A stretch of 64,000 bases of DNA from Octopus sinensis (taxonomy: Eukaryota), in NCBI RefSeq assembly GCF_006345805.1, contig NC_043006.1, forward strand, positions 53,382,001 to 53,446,000, given 5' to 3'. This document shows, one piece after another, positions 49,099-61,420 of this stretch. How positions within the stretch are numbered: position 1 is the first letter of the stretch; each line of letters starts with the position of its first letter. A model generated the notes under the pieces. The model was given only the letters and a program-made list of their open reading frames with translations, made no database searches and had not been told where the DNA came from. Both the position numbers and the translations under genes were made by a program.

Positions 49099-49536
49099 TA
49101 AAAGAATTTGAATAACACTTGCGTTTAACTCCATTTATATATATATATATATATATATAATACAAAAAGGGATAAGAACGCAAAACATCCAGACAGTTAG
49201 GGGATAAAAAAATGAACAACAAAACATCCAGATAGACGATGCAAAGAAAACAAGGACGGGTCATTCGGAGTTTTCTTTCCTCAGTCGACTTCCAGATTAT
49301 CTTTGCAATTTCGGCTGGTTATACACGAGATCATATATATATTCATACGCGTGACAGATTACGTTAAAAAAATTTCAAACTCGACACTAAATCCTTTATT
49401 TTGAAAGTGATCCTGAGCTTATATACTTTTGTGTGTGTATGTGTGAAAGCATATGTACAGATGCATGTATATATATGCATATACGGACACACATACATAC
49501 ATGTTATATATGCATGTATGACTATATAGCTATATT

Positions 49537-49620
<84 letters not shown>

Positions 49621-50059
49621 TAGACGCAAGTACGACTATATAGCTATATCAATAAATACATCCACACACACAACTGCATCTGTTTATGTGTGACGTATGA
49701 ACACAAGCGTACTATTTATGTGCATGCATACGCATGCGAATACTAGTGTGAGCATGTGTGTAAATGTGTGCGTAAGTCGGAATGTACATGTATGAGAGCG
49801 CCATGATAGCACTGTTGCTATTACACACACTCTGCTCTATGCAAAAAGACCTTTTGATTTTTAACAGTTTGTTAGTGAAGGAAATCTGGTCATTGCATGA
49901 CATTTAGACTGAGAATTCGGTTAACTTTGTTTGAGTTATTCTTTTACCATTTCACAGACACATCGCTAAAGTCTGGATTTCACTGCTATAAACAGAAAAC
50001 AGAAAAGCCATAAAGAAAATAAAAAAATTCTTCAACACAACACACACAACTGTATGCAC

Positions 50060-50239
50060 GTGCCCCTAGCCACTACACATTCTTTATTTTCTCTCCTTGT
50101 TTCTTTCTGTGTTCCTTTCTGTGGAAGAGCGTAGGCTCGAAACGTTAAAGACTTTTTCACTTCCCGTGCTTTATACTAATACATCTGTTTGTTGTCTACA
50201 CCACCTGTCTTCGTCTTTTGTTTGCTTTTGTGAATTTTC

Positions 50240-50245
<6 letters not shown>
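50060..50245 (+). mobile_element. Family H1 hammerhead-bearing element
   Basis: Homologous to 535-830 and 52195-52445; (TA)n tail. Confidence 0.75.
50115..50150 (+). ncRNA. Minimal type I hammerhead motif, variant core CUGUGGA
   Basis: CTTT-CTGTGGA-A-GAGC/gtag/GCTC-GAAAC-GT-T-AAAG. Confidence 0.65.
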
Positions 50246-50291
<46 letters not shown>

Positions 50292-50467
50292 CATATGATA
50301 CAATTACACAAAACCATATATATTATATATATAACACCGCACAACACACACAGAAACCCATACGCTTATGATACAATTTACACAACCATATATACACTCA
50401 CACACGTGTGCATACATGCATGCGTACACATATGCATACATACATGCATATAAATATAAATATATGT

Positions 50468-50690
50468 CATCTTTACTTGTTTCAGTTATTGGACTGCGGC
50501 CATGCTGGAGCACTGTCTTGAAGGGTTTAGTTGAAGAAATCGATCCCAGTACTTATTTTTATACCTGTAACTTATTCTATCGGTCAATTCTGCCGCACCC
50601 GTATGTGACGGAAATGCAAACAAACCAATACCAGTCGTCAAGCAGCACTGAGGGACAAGCACAAACATAAAGACACATACACACACGCAC
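50468..50690 (-). mobile_element. SINE family A, 3' half
   Basis: TTTACTTGTTTCAG..GCGGCCATGCTGGAGCAC..GACAAGCACAAAC. Confidence 0.75.
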
Positions 50691-50832
50691 ACACATATAC
50701 ACACGTATACACATACACCTGCACACATACTCACGCACGCACACACACACACATACACACCACACACACACACACACACACATACACACATCTGAATCAA
50801 AATCAGTGTGCGATCCGGGCTGCCATTAGTAA

Positions 50833-51400
50833 TGGTACATCTTTCCAGACGTATATTACTAAGTTGGGAACAAAATGCAAGCAGCTGGCCGGATTGATCC
50901 TTAGAACTTCCAAAACGAGAGAATAGGAACCATGATGGTCCTCTTGAGGACATTTCTTCTTAGCCGTTTTAACTACAACTCCCAAATATGATCACCACTC
51001 AGTATAAAATTAACGGCTGAACTCAAAATAATCCAGCGGAACTACTCGAAGACTATCGTCTCAATGCGACATGCCAACTTCAGGGAGAGACTGAAAAAGT
51101 TAAAACTCTACTTCCTAGAACGATGGCAGCAACAATATTCAGTGATATACAACTGGAAAATTCTGGAAGAACTTGTATCAAACTTTGGCATTGGAAGTTA
51201 CACAACAGCAGAACAGGGTGCCACTGCGTAGTGCTAAAGATTTCAACAAGTTACAGGACCAGATACCGCAATAGCTTGGGTTTCAAGGGCTCACAGTTCT
51301 TCAAAGCCTGTGAGATTTATATGAAGTAGGTGTAGGTGTCTTCGAAACAGAACTGGATCTCCTCTTGTCAAGAACTTCTGTATGAACCTATCAGCTTCAT
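50833..51400 (+). pseudogene. CR1-group LINE 3' fragment (RT C-terminus)
   Basis: LAGLILRT.KTRE..MMVLLRTFLLSRFNYNSQI*SP..ELKIIQR.YSK.I..M...NFRERLKKLKLYFLERWQ..YSVIY.WKILEELVSN matches the CR1 C-terminal pattern; multiple stops. Confidence 0.7.
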
Positions 51401-51871
51401 TCGCATTGTAAGTCTGCGAAGTTTTTTAACCACTTCATCTAATATCTAACTGTAAACTCCAGCAGTTTCAATATCAGCTGACTTCTTTCTGCCGGGATTT
51501 GAATAATGAAGGTTGAGCAGTGCCTTGCAGCTGCTAAAGTGTTGGCCAGTTCAAAGACACGAAATCCCCTACAACCTCTGAACCATTACTGATGCATCCC
51601 TGAACATCCGCGAGATGTATCTTGATTCCAATATCTTTCCAGCGGACAAGTTTTAGTTTACGAATGTCAACACACAAATTTCTGCATTTGCGTAAAAACG
51701 CTTGACCTTCCAATGACTATTAACCCTCAAATCGTTTAATGATACTCAGATCACTTTGAGCTCAAAACACTTACATAACACTGCATGGTATTATAGGTTT
51801 CAACATTTTTGTTTGCTTTACTTTTCTCTAACTCAGTTATAAATTACACTAACATCGGTTTCATAATATAT

Positions 51872-52157
51872 ACTTTTACTCTTTTACTTGTTGCAGTCAT
51901 TTGACTGTGGCCATACTGGAGCACCGCCTTTTAGTCGAGCAAATAGACCCCAGGACTTATTCTTTGTAAGCCTAGTACTTATTCTATCGGTCTCTTTCGC
52001 CGAACCGCTAAGTTACGGGGATGTAAATACACCAGCATCGGTTGTCAAGCGATGTTGGGAGGGGACAAACACAGACACACAAACATATGCACGCACATAC
52101 ATACATACATACATACATGCATGCATACATACATACATACATACATACATACATACA

Positions 52158-52188
<31 letters not shown>

Positions 52189-52625
52189 CTCCTCTACTGT
52201 CCCTCTAGCGTCTGACCTCTGATCTCTGCCCGAAGTCAAAACGCCATGATAGATCGTTAGCTCCTACACGCATTTTTTTTCTCTCCTTGTTTTTTTTTTC
52301 TGTGTATCTTTCTGTGGAAGAGGGTAGGCTCGAAACGTAAAAGACTTGTTCTATGTCTATTCCTGAGCGCCATACTAATACATTTGTTTGTTTGTACTCC
52401 ACCTGCCTTCGTATTTTGTTTATTTTCGTAAACCTTCCCGTTATATATATATATACTTATATACGCCGGGCTTCTTTCAGTTTCCGTATACCAAATCCAC
52501 TCACAAGGCTTTGGTCGACTCGAGGTTATAGTAGAAGACACTTGCCCAAGGTGCCACGCAGTGGGACTGAACTCGGAACCATATGGTTGGTAAGCAAGCT
52601 ACTTACCACACAGCCACTCCTACGC
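51872..52625 (-). mobile_element. SINE family A, full length, split by a nested H1 element
   Basis: Tail 51872-52090, (CATA)n, H1 insert, head 52455-52625. Confidence 0.88.
52195..52445 (+). mobile_element. Family H1 hammerhead-bearing element nested in the SINE microsatellite
   Basis: Hammerhead motif at 52307-52344: TCTTT-CTGTGGA-A-GAGG/gtag/GCTC-GAAAC-GT-A-AAAGA. Confidence 0.78.
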
Positions 52626-52726
52626 CGAAGAACACCTTATATTTACGTAAGATATTGTTCTGATTTTCGTCTCTTTAACAAATGCATTATTATTTCACTT
52701 TCATTTTCCAACGATCGAATTACATA

Positions 52727-52880
52727 AATGCGGCGCGCTAGCAGAATCGTTAGCACGTCGACTAAAAATGCGTCACTGTGTTTCGTCAGCTGCTACGTTC
52801 TGATTTCAAATTCCGCCGAGGTCGACCTTGCTGTTAATCCTTTCGGGTCAATAAAATAAGCACTAGTAGAATACTGTGGT
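52727..52880 (+). mobile_element. SINE family D
   Basis: GCGGCGCGCTAGCAGAATCGTTAGCACG..TTCAAATTCCGCCGAGGTCGACC..ATCCTTTCGGGTCAATAAAATAAG. Confidence 0.8.
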
Positions 52881-53049
52881 CTACGTAACGACTTACTTAT
52901 CTCCTATATTTAAACTAATATTAGAATTACATGTATTTTTTTTCCACATTATTCCAAACGATTTCTTCGCTTTCTTTTCATGCATTTCAATATTAACTAG
53001 AATAATTCCCAGTAACCCTTGTTAACACTAGATTAATGGATTGGTGAAG

Positions 53050-53099
<50 letters not shown>

Positions 53100-53150
53100 T
53101 ACATATACATACATACACACACACACACTCACATATATATACACACATAT

Positions 53151-53246
<96 letters not shown>

Positions 53247-53290
53247 AACTTACTTGGAAAAGTATGCGTGGTGTTCGATCATATAAAAAT

Positions 53291-53663
53291 ATAAATAATA
53301 TATAAGTATATGCATATATACATACATATACGCACATACTTACTTATATATATGTGTATATATATACATGTATATATGGGTACAGGACATCAAAAAACTT
53401 AAACAAAAAGAGAAACGAGACAGGCAACATAAAGAACATTCCCTTCATCAGTTGTCCTCTGTTTTATCTACTCTCGAAACGCGAAGTAGATATAACAAGG
53501 GACAGCTGATGAAACGAACGTTCTTTATGTTGCCTGTCTAGTTTCTCTTTTTGCTCACGCTTTTTTTATGTCCTGTACCCATATATGCATGTATATATAC
53601 ATATATATATGTAGGTATGTGCATATATGTATGTATATATGCATATACTTATATATTATTTAT
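53291..53663. mobile_element. Foldback element, same family as 1598-2126, ~10-nt spacer
   Basis: Arms ATATATGGGTACAGGACAT..GAGACAGGCAACATAAAGAAC..TTCATCAG.TGTCC..ATCTACT and its reverse complement; centre TCGAAACGCG. Confidence 0.85.
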
Positions 53664-53695
53664 ATATATGTATGTATAATATAAATAATATATAT

Positions 53696-54075
53696 ATAGG
53701 CGCAGGAGTGGCTGTGTGGTAAGTAGCTTGCTAACCAACCACATGGTTCAAGGTTCAGTCCCACTGCGTGGCATCTTGGGCAAGTGTCTTCTGCTATAGC
53801 CCCGGGCCGACCAATGCCTTGTGAGTGGATTTGGTAGACGGAAACTGAAAGAATCCTGTCGTATATATGTATATATATATATATATGTGGGGGGGTGTCT
53901 GTGTTTGTCCCCCTAGCATTGCTCGACAACCGATGCTGGTGTGTTTACGTCCCCGTAACTTAGCGATTCGGCAAAAGAGACCGATAGACTAAGTACTGGG
54001 CTTACAAATAATAAGTCCCGGGGTCGATTTGATCGACTAAAGGCGGTGCTCCAGCATGGCCGCAGTCAAATGACT
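53696..54075 (+). mobile_element. SINE family A, full length
   Basis: ATAGGCGCAGGAGTGGCTGTGTGGTAAG head through GCAGTCAAATGACT. Confidence 0.92.
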
Positions 54076-54442
54076 AGGTGGAGACCGTCATAGGCAGGTA
54101 ATTTCAATTTATCTTATCTTTTTTTTTTCTTTTTTTTCAAGAACTTGGTTTTCATTTTCCTCTCCTTCGTTGCTTCTTTCTCTTCTAATTTTTTTTTACT
54201 ATTCTACATTTCTTATTTCTTTCTTCCTTCTTACTTTTATTCTTTCTTTCGGTTTGCGATTTTACCATCAGCGCATACAACAGCAATAGCCCACACACAC
54301 ACACACACACACACACATACATTATGTATGTGTTTTTTTTCTACCCCTTCATATATTTTAGTAATATAAAAATATTCTAATATCTTTTCTAGTTTTGTGT
54401 TACTGCTCTTTGGAAATAAACCTCGCCAAAGATTTGCTACTA

Positions 54443-54770
54443 CTAGTCTTAATGGTGGTGGTGGTGGTGGTGGTGGTGGTGGTGGTGGTGCAGGTGGTGA
54501 TGGTGCAGGTGGTGGTGGTGGTGGTGGTGGTGCAGGCGGTGGTGGTGCAGGTGGTGGTGGTGCAGGTGGTGGTGGTGGTGGTGCAGGTGGTGGTGCCGGG
54601 TGGGTGCAGGTGGTGGTGCAGGTGGTTGGGGTGGTGGTGGTGGTGGTAGGTGGTGGTGGTGGTGGTGGTGGTGGTGGTGGTGGTGCAGGTGGTGATGGTG
54701 CAGGTGGTGATGGTGCAGGTGGTGGTGGTGGTGGTGCAGGCGGTGGTGCAGGTGGTGGTGGCGGTTATGT
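54443..54770 (+). repeat. (GGT)n / GGTGCA degenerate microsatellite
   Basis: Direct reading; contains frame-breaking interruptions. Confidence 0.85.
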
Positions 54771-55077
54771 TGCGATGATAATGGTGATGTTCATTTTGTT
54801 GGTGGTGTCGGGGAAAAGGGGGGGAGAAGGGAGTGGGTGCTGGTGTTGATTGTGCTGATGTTGTTAGTGGCGGAGGCGGCGGCGGTGGTGGTGGTGGTGG
54901 TGGTGGTGTAGCTGGTTGGGGCAGTGATTGGAGGTAGAGTTATTGGTGGAGTAATGGTACCAGTGGTTTTGTTGGCATTTAAATAAAGGTAAAAGCGGCG
55001 TCGGCAGTAGTGATTAATGGTTGTGGTAATTGTTAAATTGTGATATTGTCGTTTTGTGTTTCCAGGTTGCAATGATT

Positions 55078-55134
55078 GAGAAGAAGAAGAAGAAGAAGAA
55101 GAAGAAGAAGAAGAAGAAGAAGAAGAAGAAGAAG
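55078..55134 (+). repeat. (GAA)n microsatellite
   Basis: Direct reading. Confidence 0.95.
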
Positions 55135-56429
55135 AGTGAGGTAGAGAGGGAGTTGGAGTAGTAGCGCTAAGCAAACCAATAGTTGTATAGTTATAGTAAC
55201 AGCAAAGTAATAATGGCGGTGGTGGTGGTGGTGGTGATCGTGGTGGTGATTATGGTAGTACTGATGGTGATGATGATGGTGGTGGTGGTGGGGTTATTGA
55301 TTATGCGACAGGTGGGAGGTATTCGTGTAGATGGTGGATTTTTCTTTTTTTTTTTGTTTTGTTTTGTTTTTTGTTTTTGTTGGTAAGCAATTATGGGGGA
55401 GGAGGCGCGGGTGAGCCGATGGTGGTGTGACTGGTAAACCAATTACTTGCTTCTCGTAAACAGTTTTCTTGTATGACGTTCTGGTATTTCAGTTTGAAAG
55501 AAAAGCCGCATTAACTAGGAATGGTTAATGGTTATTTTGCGTAATTGATAGGTGTGGTTGAAGCAAGATGGATTAACGTCGCCAAAGTATCATTAGAATG
55601 GTGTCATTGAGGCCACTTTGATTATGTAGTCAGAATCCAATTCAGTATTTCAAGAGATTTTTAAACTCTGCCCTTAAATTTCTTTGTTGTTAACACATTT
55701 AGATTGTCAAAGATTGAGTCCTTGCAATAGTACTTTAACCATAATGAAAGCAGTGTACCAACATGGTCTTTATTATGATGGGTAAAACAAACTAAAGAAC
55801 TAAAGCTACATTTGATAGCGAATTTGCAGAGTTGTTACAATGTGCGATTAAATGCTTTGCGGAATTTGTTCATGCTCTCAGAGCTCTTGTTTCAAATTTT
55901 GCACGAGTCTGCTTACTTTTCATTGCTTCAGGGCCGACAAAATAAAGCAGAAGACTTGGGTGGTGGTGGATTGATAGAATTGTCAGAGCGTCGTACAAGA
56001 TGCTTGATGGTATTTATTCCGGCTTTTTATAATTTGAGTTATTGGCCGATAATCTTAATCCGTCGCTAAGTTTAATGTACCATCAGGTCTTTGAGTGCTT
56101 TTAGTGGTGTTTAGTCTGTTGCAAACGTTCGGACAGTTTTCTCGTTTGGGAAAACTTCCTCTTTCCCTTCCACCAGACTCCGAAACCCTGAAAAAACAAA
56201 AGGTCATGGTTGCTAGCCTTCTCTCCCTAACTACAAAAAAAATGGTCGGTTAAGTCTTTTGGTTCTTTGAGAATTTTTTCAGAAATCCGCCAAATCTTCC
56301 TAAGCTCTTCGCTCTCCACTGTTCTCGACTCTAGAAAGTCTTTTCTGCTTCTTCCCTGTACAAGGTCTTCTTGGTTTTGAATCGTCATCGATGCTTCTGT
56401 AACTTTCTTTTTTTTTCTAGGCGGGAGTG

Positions 56430-56585
56430 TTGGCCCTAAGCAATTTTACGTCTGGGAAGAGGGGATCTATATTAGCTTCGTCTCAATCTTTCGGACTGTC
56501 CAGCACGGGAGGTCCTACCAGAAGCTTGCGCTCCGCTGGCATAGCACTCAGGATCATTGAGATACAGAAATTTCTATACCGCAAC
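56430..56585 (-). mobile_element. Possible RTE-type 5' UTR relic
   Basis: Minus strand CTCAATGATCCTGAG.GCTATGCCAGCGGAGCG.AAGCTTCTGGTAGG..CCCGTGCTGGACAG resembles RTE 5' UTRs from memory; no ORF follows. Confidence 0.3.
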
Positions 56586-57669
56586 ACGAACTGGACCTTA
56601 AGATGGTTCCTTCAGATCACTGCATGTATTTTAAACGACTTCTGTTATAGACATCTCTTACAGAAGTCGTTATTAAGAGTCATTAAGTGAAAAACGATAG
56701 GTGAACATCCAGGAAATTTTTCAAACTCAACTTATATTAAAGTAGCTCTTGATATTTGTTCATCAATGATTTTCTTGTCATAGAATTAGTTTTATGGCTT
56801 TTCATAATACCTGTGTTGTTGTGTCCTCTGCCTCAGTGGTAATGTTATCGTTTTGGATTAACTGGGATTAATTTGATTGTGTCACCTGTGTTTGGTTTCT
56901 GGAATCCCATGCTAAATTTGGTTACTTAATAATGATTCAAAACTTTGGTTATTTATGCCACCAGAATTTGATTATTAAAACTATCGAGATATTGTATCCT
57001 TCCTCTTTCAAGACTGTAGTGTCACCAGGATAAACATTTTGACATCAAAGTCTGGTCGTTTGTGTTGTTGTTTAAGCCAAAGTCAGCTTTTTAGATTAAG
57101 TCTACGATAACAGGAATTCCAACCTTGGCTATTTCGTCTTTTTGTATACCTAGAACTATAGTCTCCAAAGTATCCTTCCTCTTTCAAGACTGTAGATTGT
57201 GAGTTGGGGGAGAACTGGTTTCTATTTCTAGCTGCCCGAGTGACCGTGCCTAAACTCTGTCATTGGCCCCGGATGTTTATATTGTATAGTGTTGTGTTAC
57301 AAGACAGCTCGTTGATATTTCAGAATCTGATCCTTAATACGGCCAGGGTCAGAATGTTTCGACCGCCAGAGATGTATTTGTTATCATATCACAGCAATCA
57401 CACCTTGAAGATAGATAATTGTTAGTGCCACCCGTATGACAAAATCCATGTTGTTATTGTTGTTGCTGCTACTGCTGTGGATGTTGTGCCCTAGGTCAGT
57501 CCTGATCGAGTAGATCTATGATAGAAGATACTCTAGTCAAAGCCAATCCAGAACCACCTTATCTACTGATGACAGAGTACTCTAAGGGAGATTTAGCTGT
57601 TATTTCTTGTAGGTTGAGCTACCATATAACGATTCTCTCATTGGTTCGACTAAACTTCTGATTAACCAA

Positions 57670-60000
57670 ACGGTGAAATGGCAGAATTTTCAAGGGTATC
57701 GACCAAAAATGCATTGTGGCTTTTAGTTTCGTCCTTTTACATTCTGGATTCAGAACGACCTGTCTTCGTCCTTACGAGACTAATAAAAAAATACACAACC
57801 AGACGAGTACTTGGTTCGATGTAATCGACTGCTGTTCTAATATAGCCCAGGTTTCTACTGAGAATCCCAAAAGCATCTTATTAGTGCTGCTTCCATTTTA
57901 AAAATGGATCAGAATGGAAACCCTTACTACGATGACACTTCTGCCATAAACAACTATATCGGATATCATTGACTTTGGAAGACATTGTGTCTGACTAGAA
58001 GAAGAACAACAACAACTACTACTATAGCAACAGAAGCAGCAGCAACAACAACAGCAATAGCAACAGCCAATGGTTATTTACTTCGGAAATTATTCAAAAT
58101 ATAATTACAGCATTCCTGTTTAATTAACTTAATTTGTTTAACTAGAGTAGTTTAATTAATATCTTTACTATAGCCTCACAGATCCAACCAAACCATCTGT
58201 AGAGTATACATTCATTTAAAAACAACCATGTTTACCATTTTTAGTAACTGTGTCACTGTTCATCTGTTGTTTTTGTGGTTGAGGCGTAAGTGAGCCATGA
58301 TTGAATAGACGTTTTTCGTAGAAAGCTGGCACAGGCGTTAAAGCTGCCTTTGTTCTGACTCTTCGCTCTGAGTTCAAATCCTGCCAAGCTCAACATTGCT
58401 TTTCGTCTTTTTAGAGTCGATAAACATAAAGTACTGATCCAGGTCGGTGAACTCGTGGAACTGTAAGAACATCGTTTCGGATGACTTACGGTATTTATTC
58501 TGGCTCTTTGAGTTCTGAGTTCAAATCCTACCATGGTCTACTTGGATAATCGACTTAATATGTCATTCGGTTTAACACCACTACCTGACTCCTTGGATGC
58601 CTTTAGAAGAGTCCTCTCTTTTGCAAATATTTGAGTCATTTCCGGTCTACTCCTTCTCTTCCATTAGTCTCAGACACCTTGTGTAAAGTGCAGCATGCAT
58701 TACTTTCACTTCTGATAAAATGATTTGTTAAAAAACGGTCTTTTGTATATCTAGGGTTACATTATCTTTTCTACTCTAGGCACAAGGCCCGAAATTTTGG
58801 GAGAGGGGGCAGTCGATTAGATCGACCCCGAAAGGATGAAAGGCAAAGTCGACCTGGGCGGAATTTGAACTCAGAACGTAAAGACAGACGAAATACCGCT
58901 AAACATTTCGCCCAGCGTGCTAACGATTCTGCCAGATCGCCGCCCTAGGTTTACATTATCTAATGCGTCTTTCCTTTTTTTAAGACAATGACACTAGGAT
59001 ATGATTTGAGGAAGATTTAGTTACTATTTTTGACAGATCGAGCCACCCCAAATTCTCAAGATAAAGTCTGGATGATGAAATGATCTATCTTATTACTAAA
59101 CGATCATATTATTGCGTTGCAGAACTGTTACTGTGGTGGGTGAAACATTTAACAACATTTCTTCTGGCTCTTTTCGTTCAGAGTTCAAATACCGCGAGGT
59201 TAACTTTGCCTTTTATCCTTTCGGTGGGGGTCGATAAATAAGTACCAGTTGAGTATTCTAGGTATTGTGCCTATAGTAGAAAGGATTATTTTGCTGCACA
59301 AAAGTGGCAAGCAGAACTGGTGGGTGAAATGCTTAACGGTATTTCTTCAAATTCTGCCAAAGTCGACTTCACCTTTCATCTTTCGGGATCGATAAAATAA
59401 GTATCAGTTGAGCACTGGGATCGATGTAATCGACTTGCTCCCCCCACCCTAGGATTGCATGTATTATACCAAAATTGGAAATCCTTACTTAGCTGCACTG
59501 CCCTCCTTTATACTTAACAGTCCATATTCTGGAATTTCTTCCAGCGTGAGGACTTTTGCCTGAATCAACATGTCTAGGCATTGTCCCTTCCAATTCACCT
59601 CTTCCACCACTGAGGCCTGGAGAATGGAGATTTCTTCCTCCTGGTTCATTATTATGGCTGTCACAAGCCAGGCAGCATCTACTTCAAAACAAGGTACATA
59701 CATACATATGCATAGATAGCGGTATTTCGTCTGGCTTTACGTTCTGAGTTCAAATTCCGCCGAGGTCGAGTTTTTTCTCTCCAGGCTGCCCTTCTAACAT
59801 CGGTTCAAGGTCACAATGTTTTTAGTCAAAGATACAGCCGATTTGAAGTGTACCTACAATGTTATTATTGGTACTTATTTTACCGATCCCCTTGAAAATA
59901 AATGAAAAAGTCACCCTCAGGGAGAATTGAACTCAGAACGTAAAGGGATATAACTAAATTCTGAAAATGCATTTCATTCGATGTTCGTCAAATTCTTCTT
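57670..60000. mobile_element. Cluster of at least 7 family D SINE copies/fragments in both orientations
   Basis: GAGTTCAAAT..C at about 58370, 58520, 59180 and 59745 (+); TTGAACTCAGAAC at about 58865 and 59930 (-); further CTTTCATC.TTCGGG.TCGATAA and TCGATGTAATCGAC blocks near 59385 and 57815. Confidence 0.75.
59489..59681 (-). other. Candidate orphan exon (unverified)
   Basis: 193-nt non-repetitive, GC-richer island; CCTTGTTTTGAAG acceptor and AA|GTAAGG donor; open frame DAAWLVTAIIMNQEEEISILQASVVEEVNWKGQCLDMLIQAKVLTLEEIPEYGLLSIKEGSAA; no homologue recognised. Confidence 0.3.
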
Positions 60001-60828
60001 ACGACCTCGAGACTGTGGAAGCGCGCGTCTTAGAAGTTAGGGTGTTGAACTCGTGATCGTAAGATTGTGGTTTCGATTCCTAGATTGGGCGATGTGTTGC
60101 GTTCTTGAGTAAAACTTAATTTCACCTGCTCTAGTCAATTCAATCAGCAAAAATGGTGAAGTCACGACAGGCCTGGCAAGCTGGAGATAGATTGTGGACC
60201 TGTCTGAAAAGGAAACGAGATAACTTCTGGACCGACGGACCGTAAGGCCTACTCTCGTGTTGGATATAACCTTCAGACTACCTTTCAGAGAGCCTCTACA
60301 TGGTAGAAATATCAATTCTCCTGCATAAAGAGCAGTGTAGTTCAAGCTATATAAAAAGACGGGATGGTTATGGCTGAATTGTCTTAACCATAGGTCTCCT
60401 CCAGTAATGCAGCTAAAGTACAACTATGCCATCACCACCGCCACGCACCTTATGAAATTGTACTACATATTTTAAGGGACATATGGAGAGATTAATGTTG
60501 ACGTCATGTAGTGTATATATGGATATAAAACTGGGAGTAAGTCATCAAAACTATAGCTCTTTGTTTTATTACAGGCGTGGCGGTAAGAGGTCATGATATA
60601 CTTCATATGGGTGGTCGTGTTGCTACTGTTTATGTTGATGATAGGGCCCTTTCATTTTCTTTTTATTTTGTATTGTTATTGTTATTTTCTCCGTATTCTC
60701 GAAGGGAAATTATTTAAAATCATGTCCTACGACAAAAAGCCTATAAAATAATGCAAGACGATATAATATATACACGTGTATACACATATAAAAACAGTAT
60801 TATATACATACATATATACGTACGCAAT

Positions 60829-60859
<31 letters not shown>

Positions 60860-60887
60860 ATATGTATATGTATGTATGTATCATATA

Positions 60888-61046
60888 CATAGGCGTGGTT
60901 GTGTGGTAGGAAGCTTGCTTCCTACCACAAGGTTCCGGGCTCAATCCCACTGCGTGGCGCCTTGGGCAAGTGTCTTCTACTATAGCCTCGGGCCGACCAA
61001 AGCTTTGTTGGTGGATGTGGTAGACGGAAATTGAAAGAAGCCGTCG

Positions 61047-61082
<36 letters not shown>

Positions 61083-61318
61083 TGTATGTATGTGTATCTG
61101 TGTGTGTGTCTGTGTTTGTCCGCCCATCACCACTTGACAGCCGGTGTTGGTGTGTTTACGTCCCTGTAACTTAGCAGTTCGGCATAAGAGACCGATAAAA
61201 TAAGTACCAGGCTTTAAAAATAAGTACTAGGGTCGATTCCTTCGACTAAAAATTCAAGGTGATGCTCCAGCATGGCCTCAGTCTAATGACTGAAATAATT
61301 AAAAGATAAACGATGATA
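60888..61318 (+). mobile_element. SINE family A, full length
   Basis: Head, (TATG)n, tail. Confidence 0.88.
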
Positions 61319-61339
61319 AAAGGTACATTACATACATAC

Positions 61340-61420
<81 letters not shown>

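Noticed and set aside
49230-49330. CTGAGGA motif on the minus strand as a hammerhead
   Set aside because: GAAA reads GAAT, and stems I and II cannot be paired convincingly.
54397-54849. Gly-rich (+) or Pro-rich formin/WASP-like (-) coding exon
   Set aside because: Degenerate (GGT)n with frame-shifting interruptions, a stop immediately 5' of the Pro frame and no splice support.
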